DNA of 64,000 nt from assembly GCA_048884785.1 (NCBI GenBank), contig JBHLQM010000002.1, positions 71,672-135,671 of the forward strand. Direction: 5' to 3'. Both the position numbers and the translations under genes were made by a program. The notes beneath the pieces were generated by a model. That model did not search any database. It saw only the letters and a list, made by a program, of their open reading frames with translations, and was not told the origin of the DNA. This document shows, piece after piece, positions 40,719 to 49,724 of the stretch. Origin of the DNA: Candidatus Thorarchaeota archaeon. GTDB lineage: Archaea > Asgardarchaeota > Thorarchaeia > Thorarchaeales > Thorarchaeaceae. How positions within the stretch are numbered: the stretch's first letter is position 1; the number at the start of each line of letters is the position of its first letter.

Positions 40719-41510
40719 ATGAGAGAAATCAAATACATCGATATCAGTGCCTCTAACCTTCGAGACCCTGTTGCAATTCTTGGATTGCCAGGCATTGGCA
40801 ATGTAGGAAGAATCGCAGTAGAGGCTTTAATAGAAGCATTGCAGGCCCCTCCTGTATTGGATTTCTATAGCGATGATTTTCCTGCAAGAGTAATCGTGAA
40901 GGACGGTCTTTCTCAATTTCCTAAATCCACAATACATCTCTATCGTGCAGCACCAGATGAGCCACACGATGTTCTGCTTCTCACCGCCGACCATCAGCCG
41001 GGATCAGGCAAAGGTGTCTTTGAATATGCGGACTATGTGGTGGCACAGTTCAATGAACTTAAGGTAAAGGAGGTTTATGCGTTGGCCGCATATGAACAGG
41101 GATATTCGGAGTTTTTCCAAGCATACCCTTCTCCTCCTCGGATATTTGTTTCTGCCAGTTCTCCAAGAATGCTTGAGAAAATTGAGTTGATGGAGGGTAC
41201 AATTCCCACCAAAGATGGAGTGATATCTGGTGCAAATGGATTCATTCCTGCCTGGGCAGCAACGAAGTATGGATTAGAAGGTGCCTGTCTTCTTGGAGAA
41301 ACCCTTGGAATTATCAAACTGGATTATCGTGCGTCAAGAGAAGTTATGCAAAAAGCAGCCCAACTAATCGGTTTAAAAATGGACATTGATATATTAGATG
41401 ATCACGTAGAACAGGTGATTGAGTTTATTGAGTGGGCGATGAAAGAAATCGATCGAAGAGCTACTCAAAGTGATGAAGGCGAAAGCCCTTCTGATCATTA
41501 CATAGGATAG
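40719..41510 (+). CDS. PAC2-family proteasome assembly chaperone
   Basis: GLPGIGNVGRIA, ADHQP, GVISGANG, CLLGET. Confidence 0.9.
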   Translation: MREIKYIDISASNLRDPVAILGLPGIGNVGRIAVEALIEALQAPPVLDFYSDDFPARVIVKDGLSQFPKSTIHLYRAAPDEPHDVLLLTADHQPGSGKGVFEYADYVVAQFNELKVKEVYALAAYEQGYSEFFQAYPSPPRIFVSASSPRMLEKIELMEGTIPTKDGVISGANGFIPAWAATKYGLEGACLLGETLGIIKLDYRASREVMQKAAQLIGLKMDIDILDDHVEQVIEFIEWAMKEIDRRATQSDEGESPSDHYIG

Positions 41511-41705
41511 TCACTCAACCATCTCTGGTGTGAGGATATCTGTAATCCATGCCTGGCTATCAATATTGATGTAGAAATAATGCTTCTCATGTTTTACTCT
41601 GATTGTAAAAGGAAATCGTTTTGCCTTTTTCAAGACCCCATCTGGAACTCTCAATATCGTTTTCTTTTTGCACACCGGGCAATCAGCATATCGTTCAAAA
41701 GCCAT
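41511..41705 (-). CDS. Small CPxC...H..H putative zinc-binding protein
   Basis: 64 aa, CPVC...FPF...HEKH...ID; GGAGTG RBS. Confidence 0.7.
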   Translation of the reverse strand: MAFERYADCPVCKKKTILRVPDGVLKKAKRFPFTIRVKHEKHYFYINIDSQAWITDILTPEMVE

Positions 41706-41728
41706 GTTATTCACTCCAAAAGATGTGC

Positions 41729-42139
41729 TCACTTCATTTTTACTTTGGTATCACTGCTCAATGTTATGATAGTATCGCATTTCTCTGGATACTGAAGTGC
41801 TTCAGTGAATACCTTTTCAATTATATCAGGTTCTTTGTTTGCTAGATCATTATTATCTGTACCAACAATTCTAAGATTTTCATACACACCTGCTTCAACA
41901 AGGAAACGGAATTGCTCTCCATCTTGAGATGTCCTTAGAATCATGAATTTGGCAAAATCCTGAAATTCATCCTTTGGCCCTCTTAGTGATCCATTTTGAT
42001 TTGTCACTCGATTCGTATGTGAAACATTATCCAATAGGTATGCTCTCAGTATTCTGTTTCCCACTTTTCGACGAATATCTATGAATTGCTCAACTGTGCC
42101 GTCTTCGAGTTTTAATTTCCACAAATTTGGGCTGCTCAA
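41729..42139 (-). CDS. Hypothetical protein
   Basis: 136-aa ORF co-oriented with the downstream zinc protein. Confidence 0.65.
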   Translation of the reverse strand: MSSPNLWKLKLEDGTVEQFIDIRRKVGNRILRAYLLDNVSHTNRVTNQNGSLRGPKDEFQDFAKFMILRTSQDGEQFRFLVEAGVYENLRIVGTDNNDLANKEPDIIEKVFTEALQYPEKCDTIITLSSDTKVKMK

Positions 42140-42277
42140 GAGAACACCGGTGAAGACTGCTTCATAGGATAATATAGAGATTGCCTTGGTGTATTCGGTT
42201 TCTTTGCTGCAGCATAGTTTTATTTGTTGGTTCGCATATTAAAAGAAACACTAGCTTGCTTGAAGGAAGAAACCAAG

Positions 42278-42985
42278 ATGCTGCAGACCTTCGATATGAT
42301 TGTTCGGGAAGTTCACGTTGGACTTTGGTTTTTGGTCGTGGGTTACTATTTTCTAATCTTTGTAATTTTGCTATTATTCCGCTGGAGAAAGACTCGTAAC
42401 CCTTTTTCCTTGGCAATGGCTGGATTCTTTCTTCTTCTTGCAGTTGGGAGAGTGTTCTATTTCATTGGGGATTTCTACGCAGACTCTCGTTCACTTCCAA
42501 CTAGCGTACCAGATATTACGCCTTACCTAGGTACATCTGAGGTTTGGACGCAAGCAGGTGGTTTCTTTCAATGGATGGCCCTTGCCGCACTAGCCGCTAC
42601 AGCCGGATTCTTGATAATAGGGAAGAGATGGGCCGAGATCGCATTTGCCATTCCTGCCGTGTTAATTGGCCTTCTAATAATTGCATTTCCTGGAGACATC
42701 ACTGATATTGCCGTAGGAATCGGTGCTTTATTCTATGCTTTATTCATCCCATTGTTATTCTGGTATCTTGCGTGGGTCTCGGGAGGAGTTCTGAGAAAAT
42801 CGAACTTTGTCTTGGGTTTGGGATTCCTAGTCCTATTTGCTGGACGTGTTGTGCATTCAGCAAGATTTGCATTAGAATCGGCCGGGATGCTTTCCTATGC
42901 AGCGAGTGGGGTTCTTGCTCCTGGATTAATAGTAATCGGATTGATACTAATAACCGCAGGAAATGAATGGGGACAAGCACAATAG
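42278..42985 (+). CDS. Stand-alone seven-transmembrane protein
   Basis: Seven hydrophobic segments, GRV motif in TM2 and TM6, no soluble domain. Confidence 0.75.
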   Translation: MLQTFDMIVREVHVGLWFLVVGYYFLIFVILLLFRWRKTRNPFSLAMAGFFLLLAVGRVFYFIGDFYADSRSLPTSVPDITPYLGTSEVWTQAGGFFQWMALAALAATAGFLIIGKRWAEIAFAIPAVLIGLLIIAFPGDITDIAVGIGALFYALFIPLLFWYLAWVSGGVLRKSNFVLGLGFLVLFAGRVVHSARFALESAGMLSYAASGVLAPGLIVIGLILITAGNEWGQAQ

Positions 42986-43010
42986 ATGCATGGGCAGAAA
43001 TAGTAGTTTA

Positions 43011-43631
43011 TCAGTGTCCAATTTCCTTCCAATCAAGCATTTTCATATCTTCTAGGCTATGAAGTGCTTTCTGGACATCTTTGACAGTTTTACCCAACTG
43101 ATCTGCGATATCACGCACAGTTAGTTTTCCAGTGCACATTTGGCCAACATCATATACTTCCTGAGATATTTGTCCCAAACGGACTAGCATTGGTGATACT
43201 TTGCCCTTTAGTAATGGGACTAGGATTTTCATTTCTGAGGCTTTTCCATCCTTCGTGATTTCATCTAATTTGGGAACGAATGATTCGAAAGGTTCAAGAT
43301 TTCCATCCCAGTTTGGCAGGATAGAAGAATACTGCCTCACAAATTGGTTATTCACATCCGCCAGAACCGCCATAGCGGCATTACCATCATCCGTCTTGTC
43401 GACAGTTGCGGCAACTATGACATTATTCCTTAAGGAGAGACATATATCAAACGCACCGAAGTCGATGACATGCACTCGATTTCCTGAACTCAATTCCTGT
43501 CCAAACGAAATGAGAGCAGTGAGAAATCCGCTTATGAGATTGGGGTCCATTTCGGCCTCTCCGTATTTGCGGTCAAGCACGCACAGGCCACTGTCAGCAA
43601 TGAGCACGTATATTGCTTGAATCAACCTCAT
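43011..43631 (-). CDS. Longin domain + C-terminal winged helix (NPRL2-like architecture)
   Basis: IYVL...SGLCV...DPNLISGFLTAL..F..E is the Asgard longin pattern; C-terminal CTGKLTVRDIA...VQKALHSLEDMKML wHTH. Confidence 0.8.
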   Translation of the reverse strand: MRLIQAIYVLIADSGLCVLDRKYGEAEMDPNLISGFLTALISFGQELSSGNRVHVIDFGAFDICLSLRNNVIVAATVDKTDDGNAAMAVLADVNNQFVRQYSSILPNWDGNLEPFESFVPKLDEITKDGKASEMKILVPLLKGKVSPMLVRLGQISQEVYDVGQMCTGKLTVRDIADQLGKTVKDVQKALHSLEDMKMLDWKEIGH

Positions 43632-43744
43632 TCGCTCCTTAATGGAATGTTGATTTTTATCCCTTCTAGCTTTATATCACTTCTCGTGTTCTATCCCCTG
43701 AAGCAGCGACTATTTTATCTGCTCATTACAACGTTCCTTCTCAG

Positions 43745-44449
43745 GTGGTGAATGTGGATACAGCAAAAGATGGTCGTGTCCTTATTCTAGAGGATGCTCT
43801 TAGAAGACTCAATGAGATTGTCGGAAATCGTAAACTGAAGATGCATATTGACTACAACAAGCTTGGTGAGTCTTTGAAAACTGCTGGGAGTCTTCTCTAC
43901 GAGGTAAAATATTCATATACTGATTCGAAGGCCTTGGCTGATTTGCCAGCAACAACCCAGATTGTTGATGCCGTGGCTGATTTTGGTAATGTATATCACG
44001 CCGCAATGAAGTCTGGATACAAAGCGAGCACCATTAAAGAAGCTCTAACATTTGCCGAGATTGAATACAGTCTGCGAATTGCATCGGGGTTTCAAGAGCG
44101 TTTACGTGTTTTTGAGGATGACCCTGGCCTCGCAGTTGATATCATCGTAGTAGAAGTGACTTCTGTTGGCCCTGTTGAGGGGTCAAGTAACTTGAAGGAA
44201 TGTCGATGCACCGATGGCACTCGAATCTGGCGAATTGTTACAAATATCAAAGATATAAAAACCGACTCCAAAATGATCTGTGCAGTTCTCCCTCCAGTGG
44301 AGATGATGAATGTCGTTAGCGAAGCAATGTTTCTTGGCGGCAATCCTCTACCGGAAGAAACCGAGCTTGGTATTTTGAAAAATCCGCCCAGCAATGCGTT
44401 GAATCAGGCGAGAGCCCAGGTTATGGAAATCACAAAGAGGATGATTTGA
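43745..44449 (+). CDS. Archaeal tRNA-binding (Trbp111/EMAP-like OB-fold) protein
   Basis: VDIIVVEVTSV...IVTN...LPPVEMMNVVSEAMF. Confidence 0.8.
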   Translation: MVNVDTAKDGRVLILEDALRRLNEIVGNRKLKMHIDYNKLGESLKTAGSLLYEVKYSYTDSKALADLPATTQIVDAVADFGNVYHAAMKSGYKASTIKEALTFAEIEYSLRIASGFQERLRVFEDDPGLAVDIIVVEVTSVGPVEGSSNLKECRCTDGTRIWRIVTNIKDIKTDSKMICAVLPPVEMMNVVSEAMFLGGNPLPEETELGILKNPPSNALNQARAQVMEITKRMI

Positions 44450-44450
44450 A

Positions 44451-44789
44451 ATGCATCTTCAAGATATTCAAAAAATGAAAGCTGACTTTGAAAAAGCTAG
44501 AGGATGGAATAAGTTTCCAGCATCACAGGTATTTACGCATCTAATCGAGGAGCTTGGAGAAATATCGCGTCATATTACCATCGAGGAAGGTTACAAAGTT
44601 GTTGGGATTGGTCATGAAGCTGCAAAACCTGATAGCCTCAAACGAGAATTTGCCCAATCGTTCTCACTCTTCATTCAGCTAGCAAACCATTTCAATATAG
44701 ACCTTGAACAAGCAGTGATTGATGAAGTTAAAATAATGTCAGAACGTTTTCCGGCTGAAGAATGGCGCAAGTACATGCAAAACAGATGA
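44451..44789 (+). CDS. MazG-like nucleotide pyrophosphohydrolase
   Basis: HLIEELGEI...REFA...LANHFNIDLE. Confidence 0.85.
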   Translation: MHLQDIQKMKADFEKARGWNKFPASQVFTHLIEELGEISRHITIEEGYKVVGIGHEAAKPDSLKREFAQSFSLFIQLANHFNIDLEQAVIDEVKIMSERFPAEEWRKYMQNR

Positions 44790-44797
44790 GTCTTGTG

Positions 44798-45235
44798 TCA
44801 TCCTTTTTGTGTTTTCTCAAGGGCTTTTTTCGCCATATCCTCCAAGTCCTTTGTGGCTGCAAGAAGGCCTATTGCTTTCTTGTATACGACCGTGATGTTT
44901 TTCTCTTTAGCCCATTGTGCCAATCCATTTACCAAGGGTCCCAGCGCAGTTCGAGCAGCTTCGACTGTCCCAACGGCTTTACCCATTAACTCAACGCGGT
45001 GTTCTTTGTCCTTTCCTGCCTCGGCAACCCTGAGCCATACAAGTGCATGAATCATATAGAGGGCATCAAGCATGAGAGTAGGACTTTTTGGATTGTCCTG
45101 AACTTTTTTCAGCAGTCTTTCTTGTCTACTCTCAAATACATCCTTGAAGTAGCCAAATGCTTTCTTGTCATTTCCTTTGTCAAGTTCAATTATGCCTTTC
45201 TGGAGTTTCTCGTCGGTTTCGGACAATATCATCAT
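44798..45235 (-). CDS. Hypothetical helical protein
   Basis: 145-aa ORF filling the gap, with GAGG/GAG RBS-like upstream sequence. Confidence 0.65.
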   Translation of the reverse strand: MMILSETDEKLQKGIIELDKGNDKKAFGYFKDVFESRQERLLKKVQDNPKSPTLMLDALYMIHALVWLRVAEAGKDKEHRVELMGKAVGTVEAARTALGPLVNGLAQWAKEKNITVVYKKAIGLLAATKDLEDMAKKALEKTQKG

Positions 45236-45412
45236 GCTCCTCGAAATTCAGACTATTACTGCAGAACCACTGCTATGCCTATATGAGTTTCTACGGTTTC
45301 TACTATAAGAATCGACGTAATGCCTTGCAACATCCTCTGAAATGATTCTCGCAATCTTTATTATTCGGCTATTGTCGAATACCTTCTTCGAGCAGAGAGT
45401 TTTTGGTGGGTA

Positions 45413-47011
45413 ATGATAATGGTCAAGACCACATTCACGTTTGAGGAATTGAAGAGAACTAATCATCAAGAAATCAAGGGGATGCAGGACCAAAAGTTCC
45501 GGGCTTTTATCAGGTATCAAGTATGGCCCAATCATCCTTACTACAGGCGCTTGTTCAAAGAGAATAATATCGATCCATTCAACATAACATGTATTGAAGA
45601 CTGGGCTAAATACAAGATACCGCTAGTCAAAAAGAAAGACTACAAAGACAACATGACACAGTTTGTTCTTAATCCCTCTCAGGTTGATGGAAATGAACGA
45701 AATCCTGCTGAGATTGTTTCAACTCTCATGAAATATTCTAAGGAATCCGGAAACCATGAGTTATACAAATTCATCCGTAACAATGGGGTTCGTGTGAAGA
45801 CCAAGATGGGTGGTGCTCAAGCAATGAATCGGCTTCGCGAGAAACTAACCTATCAATATGCTCCACTCCAGTTTTGGCTGAGTTCAGGTCGGGCTTCAGG
45901 GCTACCTTCTCCTGTTTTTCTCACACGATATGATAACGAGCTACTCTACAGAAACTGCGTTAAAGCAGGGCAGCTAGCTGTCGATCCTTGGGCTCAGGAA
46001 GGATGGGAGATGATCAGCATGAATCTCTTTCCATATGCTCCTCATTTGGGATGGCATGCGGTTAATACCGGACTTGGACAAATGTCAAAGTTCTATGTTG
46101 CTACCAGTGCCGGGGGGGCAATTCCAAGTGACAAACTGGTAGAGTTGGCGGGTGCATTCAAGGCAAATGGATTTGCAGGTATGCCTAGCTACCTTCGAAA
46201 CCGTTTCTTCAAAGAAATGGCTCGGTCAAACTACACTGCTCCTGAAAGGGTCGTCGTTCTTCTTGCAGGAGAGAAGATCTATGATGCTGTCGCAGATGAC
46301 ATAGTTTCTATCTTGATGGAGAAAGGTGCCAAAGAAGTCCGAATCATTGGAGGCTATGCATCTTCTGAAAGCAAGATATCATTTGCCGCACAATGTGATA
46401 GGCGAGGACCATATCACAATGTATCTCCTTTGATGCTATCATTCGAGCTTATTGCATTGAATGATGATGGAACATATGACTTCATCACTGATGATTCATC
46501 TGGTTATATGACTCTCTTCCACTTGGATGGTACAGGAACTATTTTCGAGGGCTTTCTGCTAGGTGATGTGGCATCTCACCAAGAACGAGGAAAGTGCCCT
46601 GTTTGTGGAATAGATGGTCCATTCTTTTGGGACATAGGAAGAACCAATGATGCAGAAACCCAACTTGAAGTGATGGGTCTGAGTGAGAAGAAGATTAAGG
46701 GTTCGACTGTTAATCTTACTGCGTTACGCGCCGACCTGCTTGCTCTCTCAGAAATTGAAGAGGTTCAAATCGAAGTAGCCAAAGAGGACATGAATGATCC
46801 ATATAGCATGGATGTGTTGAATCTATATGTTGCCCCAAGGGGACCAATCAATGCGGACTACTCCACGCTTATTCAAGAGATTATAAGATTAGCAAAAAAG
46901 GGAACTGAAGTAACTCCTTCAGTTACACTACTTCAATTTGAGGAATTGATGGATAAGGCTGGTGGAATGAAATTCATGGAGATTTCAGATGTTCGTCCAA
47001 AACCTGCATAG
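45413..47011 (+). CDS. Phenylacetate-CoA-ligase-like (ANL adenylate-forming) enzyme, divergent
   Basis: HPYYRRLF, IPLVKK, SSGRASG, GMPSY, AGE, GYASSE, GD, GR, KIKG. Confidence 0.8.
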   Translation: MIMVKTTFTFEELKRTNHQEIKGMQDQKFRAFIRYQVWPNHPYYRRLFKENNIDPFNITCIEDWAKYKIPLVKKKDYKDNMTQFVLNPSQVDGNERNPAEIVSTLMKYSKESGNHELYKFIRNNGVRVKTKMGGAQAMNRLREKLTYQYAPLQFWLSSGRASGLPSPVFLTRYDNELLYRNCVKAGQLAVDPWAQEGWEMISMNLFPYAPHLGWHAVNTGLGQMSKFYVATSAGGAIPSDKLVELAGAFKANGFAGMPSYLRNRFFKEMARSNYTAPERVVVLLAGEKIYDAVADDIVSILMEKGAKEVRIIGGYASSESKISFAAQCDRRGPYHNVSPLMLSFELIALNDDGTYDFITDDSSGYMTLFHLDGTGTIFEGFLLGDVASHQERGKCPVCGIDGPFFWDIGRTNDAETQLEVMGLSEKKIKGSTVNLTALRADLLALSEIEEVQIEVAKEDMNDPYSMDVLNLYVAPRGPINADYSTLIQEIIRLAKKGTEVTPSVTLLQFEELMDKAGGMKFMEISDVRPKPA

Positions 47012-47085
47012 ATGAATTGTCAGCCATTGACGGCCTTCATAGGTATTATAAGTGAGAGCAACCGAAACATGACTGAGGATTGATA

Positions 47086-48039
47086 ATGGCAATAGATTTT
47101 GATGAAGACTCAGGTCAGAAAGGACAATCTCTAGCGGATTATACAGTAAGTGCATCTGGACTTGTTTCAAGGACCTTAAGTTTGTGGTTTAGAAAACTCC
47201 CCCACTATATTCTCATTGCCGGCGGTATAATTACAATTCTAACCTTGTTGGAAGTTGTTACTAGTTTCTATATTCTCGGTGAATTATATACAGCTGGTCT
47301 TCCAAGTGATATCACGAGTTTTATCGTGCAGGCTTTATACACCCTACTATATCCATCCTCTGTTTCCGAAACATATTCTACCTTAATGATTATATCATCA
47401 ATCTTTCTTGTAATCAGCTTGATTGTGAATGGAGTAGTTGTAGGTGCAGTAGTAAAACTAGCACTTGATGATTACACTAGTAGAAGTGGAAATGCAGGGA
47501 AAAGCCTCTCTTTTGCAGTTTCTCGATTTGTGCCTATGGTCGTGGCAATCGTTATCATAAATTTGATTGTCGGTCTTTTTATGGCGCCTGGAAACGTACT
47601 GCTCCTCTATAGCTTGGAAAATGTTGATTTGATAAACATGATTATTCCTGAAGAAATGCTTACCGGACTAATGCTCTTTGTTGTGCTAGGAATACCCGTT
47701 CTATATATCATAATACGTCTCTCCCCAATTTATGCCGTTGTGATAGCTGAAGATGTTACTGGCACAGGAGCATTCAACAGAGCCTTTCAGATGACTCGTG
47801 GTCATTTCATGCATGTCTTTACTGGATTGTTTGTCATCTTTATAGTGAATTTCGTTCTTGATTTATTCATCAATATTCTTGTAGGAGGATTAGAGCTTAT
47901 CCTTGGACCTCCTTTAACATTGCTTATCTACAACCTGATTGGCTTGCTTCTTTTCACTCCTCTGACCTACATATTCTTCGCAGTTCTATACATGGATTTA
48001 GAATCCCGAGCCAGAGTTGCGCCGCAGGAGTATTGGTGA
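47086..48039 (+). CDS. Multi-pass membrane protein
   Basis: About 6 TM segments; AFNRAFQMTRGH and LYMDLESR typical of GDPD-membrane-domain-like proteins. Confidence 0.75.
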   Translation: MAIDFDEDSGQKGQSLADYTVSASGLVSRTLSLWFRKLPHYILIAGGIITILTLLEVVTSFYILGELYTAGLPSDITSFIVQALYTLLYPSSVSETYSTLMIISSIFLVISLIVNGVVVGAVVKLALDDYTSRSGNAGKSLSFAVSRFVPMVVAIVIINLIVGLFMAPGNVLLLYSLENVDLINMIIPEEMLTGLMLFVVLGIPVLYIIIRLSPIYAVVIAEDVTGTGAFNRAFQMTRGHFMHVFTGLFVIFIVNFVLDLFINILVGGLELILGPPLTLLIYNLIGLLLFTPLTYIFFAVLYMDLESRARVAPQEYW

Positions 48040-48090
48040 ACGTCAAAGCAGGATTAGTGGGGATCCGAGGATTGAGCCCCGGAATCACTC

Positions 48091-49422
48091 CTACTTCAAA
48101 TTGTGCTTTTTGACAAAATCCTTCAAGACATCTTCCAAATTTGGCCTGCCTATCTCCTGCAGATCATATCGAATCCTGGTATTAGGTTTCTTTATCTCAA
48201 TGATCTTGGCGAGGTCAATGGGTGTCCCTATCACAACAGCATCTACATCAGATTTGTTGATTGTTTTCTCCAATTCCTCCATCTGCTTCTTGCCATATCC
48301 CATTGCTGGAAGTACATCTTCAAGATGATCATACTTTTCGAATGTGGCTTTAATGCTCCCTACTGCAAATGGTCTGGGATCCACAACTATAGCTCCTGCC
48401 TTTCGAGCCGCTATGTATCCTGCACCATATGGCATATCGCCATGGGTGACTGTTGGGCCATCCTCTATAACAATGACTCTCTTTCCTTTGATCTTCTCGA
48501 TATCCTCGATGAGGACTGGAGAAGCGGCATCAATTATCTGAGCGTTCGGATTAGTAGCTATGACATTCTCACGAACGAATTCTATATCCTCATAATCTGC
48601 TGTATCAATCTTATTGATCACTACAACATCAGCCATTCTAAGATTTGTTTCACCGGGATAGTAGTTCACTTCATGACCCGGTCTGTGGGGATCGACAATT
48701 ACAATTAGTAAATCTGGTTTGTAGAATGGAAAATCATTGTTGCCCCCATCCCAAGTAATAACATCTGCTTCTTGTTCGGCTCTTTCCAGAATTTTCCCAT
48801 AATCCACTCCCGCATAGAGAGTTATGCCCATCTTAATCATAGGTTCGTATTCTTCTCTTTCTTCGATGGTGCATCGATACTTATCCATATCCTCGAGATT
48901 TCCATATCGCTGCGCAATTTGAGTTGTGAGGTCAGGATCATATGGCATCGGATGTCTAATGTTTACAGGCTTCAATCCCATATCTACTAAGATCTGATTC
49001 ACTCGTCTGGATGTCTGACTCTTACCACAACCGGTTCTGACTGCACAAACTGCAACAACCGGTTTTTTGCTTTTCAGCATAGTAGTTTGGGTTCCCATCA
49101 ACCGGAAATCTGCGCCAAGTGAGGTGACCCATGCGATTTTGTGTCCAACTGTTTCGTACGGAAGATCTGAGTATGCCAATATACATTGTTCGATACCATG
49201 CTCTCTAATCAATTCAGGAAGTTTTTCCTCTGGATATATTTTGATTCCCTCAGGATAGAGCTTTCCTGATAGCTCAGGCGGATAGATACGGTCTCCAATT
49301 CCTGGTATCTGTTCAGCAGTAAAAGCAACAATCTCATAGTCTTCATTATCTCTAAAGTACACGTTGAAATTATGGAAGTCACGACCAGCTGCTCCCATTA
49401 TGATGACTTTCTTTCTACTCAT
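48091..49422 (-). CDS. arcE: Arginine synthetase-like protein (COG2403, often annotated cyclic 2,3-diphosphoglycerate synthetase/GTPase)
   Basis: GAAGRDFHNFN, AVRTGCGKSQ, RHPMPY, TIEEREEYE, WDGGNND, EDGPT.THG, PAMGY match the Thermococcales ArcE family as I recall it. Confidence 0.8.
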   Translation of the reverse strand: MSRKKVIIMGAAGRDFHNFNVYFRDNEDYEIVAFTAEQIPGIGDRIYPPELSGKLYPEGIKIYPEEKLPELIREHGIEQCILAYSDLPYETVGHKIAWVTSLGADFRLMGTQTTMLKSKKPVVAVCAVRTGCGKSQTSRRVNQILVDMGLKPVNIRHPMPYDPDLTTQIAQRYGNLEDMDKYRCTIEEREEYEPMIKMGITLYAGVDYGKILERAEQEADVITWDGGNNDFPFYKPDLLIVIVDPHRPGHEVNYYPGETNLRMADVVVINKIDTADYEDIEFVRENVIATNPNAQIIDAASPVLIEDIEKIKGKRVIVIEDGPTVTHGDMPYGAGYIAARKAGAIVVDPRPFAVGSIKATFEKYDHLEDVLPAMGYGKKQMEELEKTINKSDVDAVVIGTPIDLAKIIEIKKPNTRIRYDLQEIGRPNLEDVLKDFVKKHNLK

Positions 49423-49587
49423 TGCAACCACCTTGTGGTACCATCGTCGTATCTGGTGCGGAACCTAAACTCCTATGTTAAGAAATTGCCGGTATCGAAC
49501 TTCCATATTTCAGGATACTTTAAGCTGTCAATTATTCAGAGCAGAATTCGATTTTTTGAACAACCTCTGCAATAATGCTATACTTCC

Positions 49588-49617
49588 TTTTTCGAAACGT
49601 ACATTCCTTTCGAAAAA
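49588..49617. promoter_or_regulatory. Inverted repeat in the divergent promoter between arcE-like and E2F-like genes
   Basis: TTTTTCGAAA-N10-TTTCGAAAAA; each arm contains the palindrome TTTCGAAA. Confidence 0.45.
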
Positions 49618-49724
49618 TCGAAGAAAAAAGGAAGATGTAACACAAATCGTTAAATAGTAGGTACGCGAATTTAATGGAAGGTTGCCAGAGGAGCCTATCA
49701 TCTTTACTTGTATGGGGTGCAGTT

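Noticed and set aside
42278-42985. Rhodopsin call for the 7TM protein
   Set aside because: No Schiff-base lysine motif in helix 7.
48091-49422. Cyclic 2,3-diphosphoglycerate synthetase call
   Set aside because: The GAAGRDFHNFN N-terminus fits the ArcE-like subfamily better, and no 2-phosphoglycerate kinase is adjacent.
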